NCBI GenBank assembly: GCA_035221665.1
Contig: CM069157.1
Coordinates: forward strand, 30,256,001 to 30,320,000
Source of the DNA: Okamejei kenojei
Lineage: Eukaryota
DNA: 64,000 nucleotides
Reading direction: 5' to 3'
The translations under genes and the position numbers were made by a program. Below, in pieces: positions 49,345 through 62,086 of the stretch; position 1 is the stretch's first letter, and each line of letters starts with the position of its first letter. Under the pieces are notes generated by a model that was not told where the DNA came from, did no database searches, and was given only the letters and a program-made list of their open reading frames with translations.

Positions 49345-49590
49345 TAGACACCAAACTGCCTGAGTAACCTCAGGTGGACAGGCAGCATCTCTGCAGAGAG
49401 AAGAATGCGGTATCGTTTTCGGCGTCGAGACCCTTCTTCGATGCTTGGGACAACTTCATCATTGCATTGATTTTAATACTGACTTGAGAGAACTGAAGAT
49501 AGACACACAATGGCTGGCGTAACTCAGTGGGACAGGCAGCATCTCTGGAGAGAAGGAATCGTGTGACTAATCGGGTCGGACCTTTCTCAG
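49345..49590 (-). repeat. Two tandem degraded hammerhead modules
   Basis: Both contain GGACAGGCAGCATCTCTG..GAGAG..TCGG..GACC. Confidence 0.65.
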
Positions 49591-50809
49591 GCCCGACTGG
49601 AGGATTGACAGAGCATTACAGGAAATGGTTACATCCCAGTTGACAGAACATCTGCACTGCAGATCTCCTGTTGTGGCACATTAACCTCCATTACTTGCTT
49701 AAACCTCCAGAGTGAAGTTATGGTTCAAAATATCCAAGACAAAGGTGAGAGCAACTCTCAAAAAGCAGAATGGAGGAAATCTGAAAACTGTACAGAGCAC
49801 AGGTGTGATTCACAGCAGCTCTGGCATCCTCCCGCTCCACATTTTATTATGTCCGTGCATAACTTCTAGTTTAGTTTAGAGATACAGTCACGGAAACTGT
49901 CCACACCACCAGCAATCACCCGCACATTAACACTACCCTACAAACACATTACGGGACAATCTAACATTTTTACATGTATACCCAAGTCAATTAAACGTAC
50001 AAACCTGTACGCTTGGAGTGTGGAAGGAACAACCGAAGAATCTCGAGAAAACCCTCGCAGGTCCACAGGGGAACACGTACAAAATTTCCAACAGTTTAAA
50101 AGCGAAAAGAAGCAAGCTTGCGAGCAAATTACTAGATCTTCTGCCCAGCTTTGAACTTAATTTTCAGAACTTGCATTATTCATGGTCATCACGTGTCATA
50201 TTATTCTTACTCGCAGTTAGCACAGGTGAGTGAAAATAATTTCTTAATAATAATATAATAAACAACCAAATAATAAGTTCTAATAATAAAATAATGTAAT
50301 ATAGTGTAAAAAAAAGAACAAAGCCCAAGCCCCAGTGCAGTTTGTATTTGGAGTTTAGTTGGAGTTTTCGCAGTTATTCACCTTCTTTCCCTGACCTCAC
50401 AACTATAGTCTCAATCCTTGTCAAGGATAGACACCAAAGAGCTGGAGACTAACACAGCGGGTAGGCAGCATTTACTGGAGAAAAAGATGGGCGATGCGTT
50501 TCGGATTGGGGACCCTCCATTGATCCACGTTCTCCGCGGAAGAGCTGCTGGGCCCTTTGAAATTATTCCAGTACTCGTGTCCTTTCTGTTTCCTATACAC
50601 TAGGGGCAATTTACAAGACAATCAACCTATAAAAGCTACACATCTTTGGGATGATGGGGGGAAACCAGACACCTAGGCGAAGGAATCCCATGCAGACACC
50701 ACATCGAGATCCGGAGAGCTCAGCACAGTCAACACCCGTTGGTCCAGAAAATTGAACCCTGGGTCTCTGCCAGCTGTGAGAAGCAGCCTACCAACTGAGC
50801 CACATCGCT

Positions 50810-51380
50810 GACCCTCTTGAAGAAACCCTTGAGATTAAAAAATAAAGATTGCAGATCTGGCTGCTCAGTTCCCTGTCTTGTGTCGTATCGCTACGTCGTG
50901 AGCGACAAAGAGACCGTTGGAGAGCAAAGAGACCGTGGGAGACGCAAACACGAGGAGTGTTTGGAGACAAAGAGGAGAGTTGAGAGTCGAGGAAGACTGC
51001 TGATCGAAGGGAGGACTTAAGCAGTGCGGGGAGAGGCGGAAGAGGGCGATGGGGGGGAGAGGGATTAGGGCGATAGTCGGGGGAGAGAGCGATGAAGGGC
51101 GATAGGGGGGGAAGTGGGGACATGAGGCATGGGGGGGGGAGAGGGGATCAGGGCGATGGGTGGGAGAGGAGATGAGGGCGATGGGGGGGGAAGGGGATGA
51201 GGGCGATGGGGCAGGGGGGGGGGGGGAATGGAATAGGATATAACGTTGGAACTTTGTAACTTTGATTACGCAAAACATGGCGACATGTGAAATGCCTGGG
51301 TGAGATCTGCTGTATGTTTTTACTGGGTTGTATGCAAAATAGAGCATTTCACTGCACCTAGGTACATGAGACAATAAATA
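50810..51380 (+). mobile_element. Short non-autonomous element with GGCGATGGGG-type tandem repeats and a Rex1-like tail
   Basis: Repeats at 51030-51225; AAACATGGCGAC motif; tail ATTTCACTGCACCTAGGTACATGAGACAATAAA. Related pieces at ~15770-16170 and 54290-54510. Confidence 0.55.
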
Positions 51381-51974
51381 TAATTGAATTGAATCATAGA
51401 ATCATTGAGTTGAAGTTTGTCAACCCCCATACCCAGCTCGACAGACAAAGAACAGTTTCGCGTGCTGTCTTTCGGCTCAGAATTACTCCATTTTAACTTC
51501 TCATTAATTTCCCATTAATTAATTAACTTTAAACATATTTCTAATTAGCATTTTATTTCAATTTGAGTGCCGGTCTTTTAAAGTACAGAAGGAATATTTT
51601 AATTGGGATTTGATTTGAATCGTTCCACTGTGGTTAATCAGCTGGCATTTGATTTAAATTAGCACTTGTGACTAGATCCTGTCAAGGAAGTGATTAAACT
51701 GGCCTCACACTTCACTAATTCCATTGTATTTTTACATTAAGTTTCCAAATTGGTGTCTGATGACTTTAGTAATTGAATATCTTATTGATTTTTTTGACAA
51801 TTAGCATAATATTCTGAGGTGCTGTTATTTTAACAATGGCACACTTTTGTGCTAAATGTTTGCTCTGCCTCTTCAACTGCAGGAATTGGCAGTTGTGATG
51901 AGGCTGAGAATTTGTCCTTCCATTTCATGTAATTTTCAGAAGTTAGAGCTGAAATAGAAGTTGCCTTCACCAAC

Positions 51975-52815
51975 TGAAAGGCCTGGATAGAGTGGAGAGG
52001 ATGTTACCACTCGTGGGGGAGTCTAGGACCAGAGGCCATAGCCTCAGAATAAAAGGATGTGCCTTTAGAAAGATGAGCAGAAATCTATTTAGTCAGTGGG
52101 TGGTGAATCTGTGGAATTATTTGCCACAGATGGCTCTAGAGGCCTTTAGAGGCCACGTCGTTGGATATTTTTAAGGCTGAGATAGATAGATTCTTGATTA
52201 GTACAGGTGTCAGTAGTTGTGGGAAGAAGGCAACATAATGAGGTTGAGAGGGAAAGATAGATCAGCCATGACTTGATGGGCCGAATGGCCTAATTATGCT
52301 CCTATCACAATGTAACTTACAGGTATGTAGAAGAAAATATACTTTATTCGCAAATCAATTATTTAAAACTAGGACCCAACTCAAAGTGCTGGTGGAACGC
52401 AGCAAATCAGGCAGCATCTGTGGAGCAAATGGACAGGTCACATATTGCAATGGCTAAGGAAGGAGGGCCTGGAGAAGGGTCCTGACTAGAAGCCTCCATT
52501 CCCTCCAAAGATGCTGCCTGACCCGGTTAGTTTAGTTTAATGACAGCATGGAAGCAGGCCATTCGGCTACTGAGTCTGTTCTGACCAGCAATCGCCTGTA
52601 TATTAGTTCTGTCCAACACTCTAGGGACAATTTTCAGAAGCTGATTGAGCTACAAACCTGCATGTGTTTGGGAAGTGGGAGGAAACCAAAGCACATGGAG
52701 AAAACCCACTCGGTCACACGGAAACCGGACAAACTCCGTATGGATGGCACACGCCGTCAGGATCGAATCTGGGTCGCTGATGATGTACGGTCACAAATCC
52801 TCTGCTGCGCCACTG
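51975..52815. mobile_element. CR1 3' fragment (51975-52320 +), hammerhead-module remnants and an HE1 SINE (52535-52815 -)
   Basis: LPLVGESRTRGHSLRIKG; SINE core and tail. Confidence 0.75.
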
Positions 52816-53519
52816 TGTGTTCCTCCAGCATTTTGTGTTTTGCTCTGTTTGTGTATCTGCAGTTCCTTGTGTCTCCACTTAGAACTAGGAATATATAAAG
52901 TGTTATAAACCCACGTTGGGAGGCGATGGAACACACCGTTTCAATGCCTGTGAATGTGAGCTACATTTCAAGCTCGTGGATGGTTTATTGGTTTAAATTG
53001 CTCCTGAATAAATCCGATTACAAAATAATTAGAAAATATTACACTGGCATTAAGGCAAATGAATCTCCGCTCTTTTACACCACAGGGATGGATTTCGAAA
53101 ATGCATGCCTTGAATTGCAGGAGAGGCTCAACATGTGTCTTAGCACTCCCATTAATTTCAGTGATCTATGATCGTTCTGTACAGAACTGAAAGTAAGAAA
53201 GCTGTTTGCTTTTTGTTATTGAAATGGTAGACGTAAACTTGTTCATAAGGATGGCCAGATAAAACTTACTTTGTCAAACGGCAACCTAGTGTTTATTCAG
53301 TGCCTTTACTCAATGTTCATTTGTACATTAAAACAGGAATTTCATTTTGCTTCTGACTATGGATTTTGCCATGCACGATTCAATTGTCTCACCGCCTACA
53401 AAGGGCAGTCGAAGCAATTGTTTGTGGAAAACTTGTAAAGGTCTATTTGATAATTAACAAACACACAGAGCTAGGTGAACTCAGCAGGTCAGGCAACTCC
53501 ACACAGGCAGCACTGGAGG

Positions 53520-54922
53520 TCATAAGAAGTAGGAGTAGAATTAGGCCATTCAGCCCATCAAGTCTACTCTGCCACTCATTCATGGCTGATCTATCTCTCC
53601 CTCCGAACCCCACTCTCCTGCCTTCTCCCCATAACCTCTGACACCTGTACTAATCAAGAATCTATCTATCTCTGCCTTAAAAATATCCACTGATAGCCTC
53701 CGCAGCCTTCTGTGGCAAAGAATTTTAAATAACATCCGTGGTCCGTTAGTCAAATCGTTACAAAACCATTTTGTGACAATAAACTAAACTGATTTATCTG
53801 GTGGGCAAGAGCTGCTGGATAGTCTCTCTGGCTTAACTGTGATTTTCTGTGTCTGAAACTGCACTGAATCCAGTGCTGCCAGGATCACACTGGCACAGCT
53901 GATAGAACCACAGCCTCCCAAGTTCGATCCTGACGTCCGGTGCTGTGCGTGTGGACTTTGTACATTTTCCCTGTGACCGCGTGGGTTTGCACCGGGTGCT
54001 CCGGTTTCCTCTCACATCCCAAAGATGTGCAGGTTTGTAGGTCAAGTGTTCCCCTGTAAATTGCCCCGAGATGAGAAAGTGGAATGGCATTGAACTAGTG
54101 TGAACAGGTGATTGACAGTGAGCATGGACTTGGTGAGCTGAGCATCCTGTTTCCATGCAGTATCTCTTTTTGTAAACCATAAAACATGGAACATAGAATA
54201 CCATAGCACAAGAATAGGCCCTTCGGCCCATAATGTCTATGCTGAACATGATGCCAAGAAAAACTAATATCGTCTACCTGCACATGTTCTGTTAGCCTCC
54301 ATTCACGGCAGTGGGGAGGTGAGGCGAGGAGAACCCGGCATGGGGAAACTGCTGGGAGAGAAGGGGAGGGGGAGGAGAACAAAGGAGGACATGGCTGGGA
54401 TACCTTGTAACACTGTCGGCGCCCTCTATATTGCGACTATTTGCATACCTTGGGGATGCAAAACAGAGAATTTTACTGAGTCTTGTTACATGTGACAATA
54501 AAGTATTTATTCATTCATTCATTCATCCACATGCTTAACTAAAGGCTTCTTTAAATGACCCATATCATATTTGCAATGACATAAACTGAAATGAACTGAA
54601 AGCCATATCTGTAAAGAATAATATAGGTAAAAAAATAAGATTTCATTCTGGATCTGGACCTGGATGTAGTACGCTGAAAAGCTCTAGGTAGTACGCTGAA
54701 CAGCACTGGACCCAAGCCAAGCCAAGTAAATTAAGCCAATTAACCTACAAACCTGTACGTCTTTTGGAGTGTGGGAGGAAACCGAAGATCTCGGAGAAAA
54801 CCCACGCAGGTCACGGGGAGAACGTACAAACTCCATACAGACAGCACCCGTAGCCGGGATCGAACCCGGGTCTCTGGCGCTGCATTTTTCTGTAAGGCAG
54901 CAACTCTACCGCTGCGCCACTG
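53520..54922. mobile_element. CR1 tail (53520-53725 -) and HE1 SINEs (53895-54170 +, 54735-54922 -)
   Basis: Diagnostic motifs as above. Confidence 0.75.
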
Positions 54923-55739
54923 TGATTCGTCTAAACACTTTTTTGGTGGAGGCGCTGGCTTCTTCTCACCATTATCCACCATTTCCCCAGTTACGCTGCA
55001 CTACAGATGGTCACATCTGGACTTCAGTCGTATATTTTATGAAGATCTCACTCGCTTTGCGGAGAAGTCATTTTTGGCTTCACTCCTCGAAAAGGAGGAA
55101 GAGCAATCTGTGGCATCATTCTCCAACTGGAAGTGTGCCTGATACTCTGTTATACTGAACCACGGAGCCACACATCCTTGCATAAATTGTGCAGGTTAAC
55201 AGTGTACGTGAATGAATTGAGTTGTGAAATGCACTGAAGAAGTTATCACAACTGGAGGACTGTGAAAGCAGCACAAAATTATCATCAAAGCAGACACTCC
55301 TGTAAACATATTCGTGCAATATTCTGATGGTGCCCATTTAGAATCATAAAACGATATAGTATGGGAACAGACCCTTTGGCCCATCTGGTCTATACTGACC
55401 ATCAACCACCAATTTACATTTAATCTTATTTAATTCCACTTTATGTTCTCCGTACATTCTCATCACTCTCACCACAGTTTCTACCCCTCACCCACACACC
55501 AGGGGCAATCTGCAACAGCCAATAAACCTACCAGCATCAGTACTAACTATTTATTCTCATTCACTGATGATCAGATTATTATGTGTCATATTTTTCAAAA
55601 GTTGGAAATGATCCAATGAGTATTGGTGCCGCTGTTTAAAATGACCGCGGGCTATTTAACTGGATCAGTTAGATAAACTTGAAATAATCAATGGCATTTT
55701 TACAACAAAGGTGATCTGAATTCTTTATGAATTTTATTG

Positions 55740-56890
55740 GTTGGACAAACCTGGCTTAGTTTCTCTAGAGCGTCAGAGCCTGAGGGGAAACCTGGAAGGT
55801 TTATGAAATCATGAGAGGCAGAGAGAGGGTTGACAGACAGAACATTTTCCCCAGGGTGGAAAGGTCAAATACTGACGGGCATAGCTTTAAGGTGAGAGGG
55901 GCAACGTTGAAAGGAGATGTGCAGGGCAAGTTTTTTGACCCAGAGGGTGGTGGGTGCCTGGCATGTGCTGGAAGGGCTGATGGTGGAGGCAAACATGATA
56001 ATGGTGTTTAAGAGGCTTTTGGATAGGCACGTGAATGTGCTGGGAATGGAGGGATACGGGTCAAGTGCCTAACCTAACATCATTGGCTTAGTTTGATTAT
56101 TGCCACCTGTACCAAGGTACAGTTTAACTTGGCATCATGTTCGGTATGGGTATTGTGGGCTGAAGGGCCAGTTCCTGTATTGCAGAGTTCTGCGTTCTAT
56201 CATTGCCACTTCTCTCCCTTTGACTAGTGGTGTTTTGATGGTCAAGGGTATATGGCCAGGGAGGAGGACAATTTGTAGGTGAACTTACAGCTCATAAAAA
56301 ATTGCATCGACTCTACGTTATAATGGGGGAATACTATATTGATGTTGAATTTTAGACTTTAGATTTTAGAAATCTAAACTCTACCAGCTGTTCCACTGTA
56401 CTTCCCTGAACCGTCAACCTAACAGTAAGACATTTGTATAGTGCCTTCAAATTATTAATGGATAGGACAGATTTGGAGGGATATGGACCAAACACGGGCA
56501 AATGGGACTAGTGCAGCTGGGACATGTTGGCCGGTGTGGGCAAGTTGGGCCGAAGGGCTTGTTACCACATTGTTTCACTCTATCATTTGATGATTATGAC
56601 ACTGAAATACCATGTGGAAACAGGCCCTTCGGCCCACAGAGTCCGCACCAACAAGGGATCACCCCGTACGCTTGCACTAAGCTAAACACTAGCGACAACT
56701 TACAATTTTTCAGAAGCCAATTAACCTACAAACCTGTACGTTCTTGCAGCGTGGGAAGAAACCAGAGCAGCTGGAGGAAACCCATGCAGAGAGAATGTGC
56801 AAACTCCACACAGATGGTAACCGTGGTCAGGATCGAACCCAGGTCTCTGGTGCCATGAGGCAGCAGCTTTACCAGCTGCTCCACTGTACT
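55740..56890. mobile_element. CR1 3' fragments (55740-56200 +, 56455-56585 +) and an HE1 SINE (56605-56890 -)
   Basis: RVDRQNIFPRVERSNTDGHSFKVRG; SINE motifs. Confidence 0.75.
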
Positions 56891-56927
56891 GCCCTGACTT
56901 ACATTTCCTAGATCATCGTCTGCTTTG

Positions 56928-58100
56928 AAACATAGAAACATAGGAAATAGGTGCAGGAGTAGGTAATTTAGCCCTTCAAGCCAGCACCGTCATTCATTAT
57001 GATCATGGCTGATCATCCAAAATCAGTACTCCGTTCCTGCTTTCTCCCCACATCCCTTGATTCCATTAGCTCTAAGAGTTAAATCTAACTCTCTTGAAAA
57101 CATCCAGTGAATTGGCCTCCACTGCCTTTTGTGGCAGAGTATTCCACAGATTCACAACTCTCTGGGTGAAACAGTTTTTCCTCATCTCAGTCCTAAATGG
57201 CCTACCTCTTATTCTTAAACTGTGACCGCTGGTTCTGGACTCCCCCACCATCGTCTCACCAGGGCCCTGTACAACTGCAGTAGGACGTCCTTGCTCCTAT
57301 ACTCTAATCCTCTCACTATGAAGGCCAACATGCCATTTGCTTTCTTCACTGCCTGCTGTACCTGCACGCTTACTTTCAGTGACTGATGTACAAGCACATC
57401 CAGGTCTCATTGCACCTCCACTTTTTCTAATCTGACACCAATCAGATAATAATCTGCCTTATTTTTCTTGCCACCAAAGTGGATAACCTCACATTTATCC
57501 ACATTATACTGTATCGGCCATGCATCTGCCCACTCATCGATCCTATCCAAGTCACCCTGCAGCCCCATGGCATCCTCCTCGCTGCTCACACTGCCACCCA
57601 GTGTCACTGCCACCCAGTTTTGTGTCATACGCAAACTTGGAGATGTTACATTTAATTCCTTTGTCTAAATCGTTAATATATATTGTAAATAACTGCGGTC
57701 CCAGCACTGAGCCTTGCAGCATCCCACTAGTCACTGCCTGCCATTCTGAAAAGGATTGGTTAATTCCTACTTTTTGCTTCCTGTCTGCCAACCAGTTCTC
57801 TATCCAAGTCACTACCCTACCCCCAATACCATGTGCTCTAATTTTGCACACTAGTCTCTTGTGTGGGACCTTGTCAAAGGCTTTTTGAATGTCCAGATAC
57901 ACCACATCTACTGGCTCTCCCTTATCCATTCTACTTGTTACATCCTAAAAAAATTCCAAAAGATTAGTCAAGCATGATTTCCCCTTCATAAATCCATGCT
58001 GAACTGGTCTGATCCTGTCACTGCTTTCCATTTACGCTATTATTACATCTTTAATAATCCACTCAAGCACCTTCCCCACTACTGATATCAGTTTAATTGG
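56928..58100 (-). mobile_element. CR1 LINE fragment with RT domain (internally deleted)
   Basis: VDVVYLDIQKAFDKVPH, QGSVLGPQLFTIYINDLD, KFAYDTKL (FADD box); (CATAGAAA)n tail. Confidence 0.9.
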
Positions 58101-58124
58101 TCAGGGCTGCCTAGTGTCTCCCTC

Positions 58125-58916
58125 TTGGAGGCAGAGAGCATAATGGGTCAGTATGATTCTGATGCCGAATCTGTGGGCTTAGCAGTGGAGGCTGCCCCAA
58201 GGGATGAAGGGCACAAGCCAGAGGTCCCATTCCTGGCGGCAAGGTTTGCCATCCCAACAGACTCCGGAGAGCTGCTGGGTGAACAGCTGGCTGTGAGTAT
58301 AGATTACTTGGCCTCACACCAACTTCAGGAGCTGACCGTGGATGCAGCGGCCAAGAAGTACGAAACCCCGGCTAATTGTATCCTGCTTAAAGTATCCGGC
58401 CGTAAACATTGCATCTGGGGCCATATGGGCGTAGGCATCAGGGTGCAGGAGATAAAGCTGCAAAGTGTGCTGAAGCTGCTCGCATCGGGCATTACGGCTT
58501 TCGGTAGGTCGGTGGATGGTGGGCACCTGACTGAGGTTCAGCAGGATGCCCTGGCTCTCATGTGCAATGTGCACTTTGAGATAAACTGCCTTAGGAAGAG
58601 GGCCATCTGCCCTACCATTAACCCAAAGTTTGCTGCCCTGTGTAAGCCTAGTAACATCCAGCCACCGAATCTGCTGTTCGGGGAAGACCTCGCAAAGCGG
58701 GTGAAGGAGCTGGACGACGAGGCAAAAACCATCAAGGTGCCAGTGACCAGCAGAACCCTTCAGAGGCAGTACCCCTACAAGCGGTTTGCTGAAACCGGGT
58801 CCGGTCAAGGACCAAGCCGGCCATTCAATGTGCGCAGCTGGCGCACTCCAGCAGGAGTACGGGCAAACATACCTTTTCCCTCCAGAACCAGGGGACAAAG
58901 AACTCCACCGGTAACC
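58125..58916 (+). pseudogene. DIRS ORF1 (gag-like), partial
   Basis: YETPANC..LKV, DALALM, LRKRAI.P.IN, LLFGEDLAKRVKEL resemble DIRS ORF1 patterns. Confidence 0.75.
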
Positions 58917-60958
58917 ATGGAGGTAGGTGGGTCTGGTTATTGTCGAAACATATTGAGTGAGAATTACCTACCAGTTGGGGGGAGGTTACACTGGTTTCTG
59001 AAAGAATGGTATGAAATAACATGAAACTTGTTTATACTGCAAAGTATACAAGGGTTTTGAATTGAATTTATTCCCAATTTGTGTCCACCCACACAGCATA
59101 TACCAGAGCGGGCACTCGTTTTCTCACAAAACGAGAATTTGGAGGTAGAAGCTGAAATTGGAAAATTATATTTAAAAGGTGTAATTGAGAAGACAGTTTA
59201 TCAAACTCACCAATTCGTATCTAATATTTTTTCTAGACCAAAGAAAGATGGTGGGAGTTGGATTATTTTGGACCTGACAGGACTTAATCCGTTTGTGCAG
59301 TATAAATATTTTAAAATGGAAACATTTGCTACTGCCAAGCAATTGGTTTCCAGAGGGTGTTATATGGCATGTATCGATCTTAAGGATGCATATTACTCAG
59401 TGCCTGTTCATAAAGAGTATCGGAGATATTTGAAATTTAGCTGGATGGGGCAATTATGGCAATTTAAAGCACTGCCTAATGGGTTAACCTCAGCCCCTAG
59501 ATTATTTAAAAAGCTGCTAAAACCAGTACTGAGGTTACTCCGGGCTCAGGGTCATATCGTAATGGCTTATTTGGATGACATCTTAATAATTGGAAAAACC
59601 CGGGAGGCAGCTGAGTTATCGATTTCAGCTGTTAAACTCATGTCAAAATTAGTACCGGTTAAAGTAATTGACTATTTGGGATTTTCAGTTAATTCAACTC
59701 ACATGTCTGTGACTCTGCCCAAGGGCAAGGGATTAGATTTAATTGAAGGCTGCATCATGCTCTTGGTGGAGTAATCACCATCAATTAGACATGTGGCCAG
59801 CTTGATTGGCAAATTGGTAGCTGCCTTTCCAGCTGTGCAGTATGTACCTTTGCATTACCAAAATTTACAGAGGGCAAAGGTACAGGCACTCAGGGTACTT
59901 GCAGGTCATTTCAGCAGGCCCATGAAATTACCATCTGAAGCCATTGCTGAAGTACAGCGGTGGATAAGAAACATTTCAAATTGTTCTTGCAAAATTCTGA
60001 TGGAAGCTCCTTCAGTTGTTTTGCAGACTGATGTTAGTGCCCTAGGTTGGAGTGCTACTGATACCATTTCTAGCTGTGGAGGCAGATGGAATATGCATGA
60101 GGCATGTATTCTCCAATCACATGGAATTAATTATTTAGAGCTTTTGGGAGCATTTTACGGGCTCAAGGCTTATTGTATCACCAAGCATCACTTACATGTT
60201 CAGCTTCAGATTGACAACACCATGGCAATGGCGTATGTTAATCACATGGGTGGAATCAAGTCAGAATCTTGTGACAGATTGGCTAACCTTATTTGGCACT
60301 GGTAGATTAAAAATAACATTTGGGTTTCAGCTGTCTACTTGCCAGACAGATTCAATATGGTGTCAGACACCAGGTCACGCAAATTCAACGACAACAGTGA
60401 GTGGATGTTGAATCATGATGTATTTAATGAAGGGTACACAAAAGGCTGGAGAAACTCAGCGGGTGCAGCAGCATCTAAGGAGCGAAGGAGATAGGCGACG
60501 TTTCGGGTCGAGACCCTTCTTCAGACTCGATTCTCCAGCATCTGCAGTTCCTTCTTTAACATGTATTTAATGACATTGTTCTCCGGTATGGGATGCCAGA
60601 TATCAATTTGTTTGCATCCAGACTCAATCACCAGGTATAGAAGTATGTTTCATGGGAACCAGATCCAGGGGCAGTAGTGGTAGATGCGTTCTCACTACAC
60701 TGGGGCGGAGTGTTTTTATATGCATTTCCCCCATTCTGCCTCATCAGTCGGTGCTTGACCAAGATCAAGCAGGACTCCGCTCCAGGAGTTTTGATGGTAC
60801 CCAACTGGCCTACACAGCCATGGTTCCCTCTCATTTCGGACATTATTACACAGCCTATTATGGTGGTCCCAAAACGTCATGATCTGTTGGTGCACCCTGT
60901 GACTGGAGATCAACGCCCATTGTATGATCATATTAATCTGTTAATTTGCAGATTCTAA
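58917..60958 (+). pseudogene. DIRS pol: RT - RNase H - methyltransferase-like domain, with stops and a 130-bp insertion
   Basis: VGGRLHWFLKEW, IILDLTGLN, IDLKDAYYSVP, LPNGLTSAPRLF, YLDD; LQTDVSALGW, INYLEL, IDNTMAMAYVNHMGG; DINLFASRLN, DAFSLHW, YAFPPF, WPTQPWFP. Confidence 0.92.
60431..60560. mobile_element. 130-bp inverted+forward hammerhead-module insertion with perfect 13-bp TSD
   Basis: ATGTATTTAATGA at 60418-60430 and 60561-60573; intact core on the minus strand at 60497-60524. Confidence 0.92.
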
Positions 60959-60959
60959 G

Positions 60960-61926
60960 AAGGCCATACCTGGGTCTGGGACTATCCAATCTACCGTGGA
61001 TGTAATCACATCGTCCTGGAGGGATAGTACAAAAAAGCAATACATCTCTCATGTTAGGAAATGGGAGGAGTTTTGTTTACATGGGAACATTACATACCAC
61101 ACAGCTTCCATCCCAGATGTGCTCGAATTTCTGTCCAAGTTATATTTTGATGAAGGGTTGAGTTATAGTGCCATCAATAATGCCAGGAGTCACCTGTTGT
61201 CGTACCTATGCCTGGGGTCGGAACTTCAGTCTGTAGGATCTCATCCGTAAATATCACGATTTATGAAGGGTGTTTTTAATTCCAATCCCCCCAGGCCTAG
61301 GTACTCTGAAATCTGGGATGTGAGCGAGGTACTCACGCTGCTTCGTCAGTGGGGTACAGCCACATCCTTGGCATTGGCAAAGATTACCCTAAAGTTGGTC
61401 GGGCTCATGGCGCTGGTGTCAGCGCAAAGGGTTCAGACTTTGCACAAACTGCGTCTGGACGGGATGGTGTCATCAGGGAATGACGTTATGTTTTACATCT
61501 ATGATCTAATTAAACAAAGCAGACAGGGGTGTCAGGATTCAAGCTTGTACTGCCAGCTGGATTTACGGATTTACGGCTGTGTGTAGTGGCGCACTTGCGG
61601 CGTTATATCGAGGTCACCAAGAGCCTCAGAGGCACCGAAGTAGCATTGTTTATTAGCCACAAAAGCCACGTATGAAAGTGTCGGTTCAGACCATTTCAAG
61701 ATGCCTGAAACAAGTGCTGGGTTGTGCAGGAGTTAATACTGACAATTTTAAATCTCACTCCACCAGGGCGGCATCAATTTCAGCAGCGAGGACAATGGAT
61801 GTCCCTCTAGACCATATCCTCGCGGCCGCAGGATGGTCAAATGAATTGACTTTTCAGAGGTTTTATAATAAACCACTTATTGAACCCGGGGTGTTCGCCC
61901 ATTCCGTTTTAAGTTCTGTTTCATAG
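60960..61926 (+). pseudogene. DIRS tyrosine recombinase (frameshifted)
   Basis: SWRDSTKKQY, GLSYSAINNARS, PRYSEIWDV, SAQRVQTL (R), FKSHSTRAAS (HxxR), AAGWS..TFQRFY (W, Y). Confidence 0.92.
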
Positions 61927-62086
61927 CTTACCCAGGGAGAGAGCAGTCGCTATTGTGTTTTCTTTTGTTTGTTTTTTTGTGAATTAAAGCATCAACATGT
62001 TAATCTGTACCATGTTTCAATGCATTGCTCATTATTCACTCCTCCTGAGTCAACTGATGCAGTGTGAGACACCTGGATTCGTATCT

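Noticed and set aside
58125-59024. In-frame gag-pol fusion as a novel DIRS architecture
   Set aside because: The copy has multiple disablements, so the frame relationship may result from decay; needs a family consensus.
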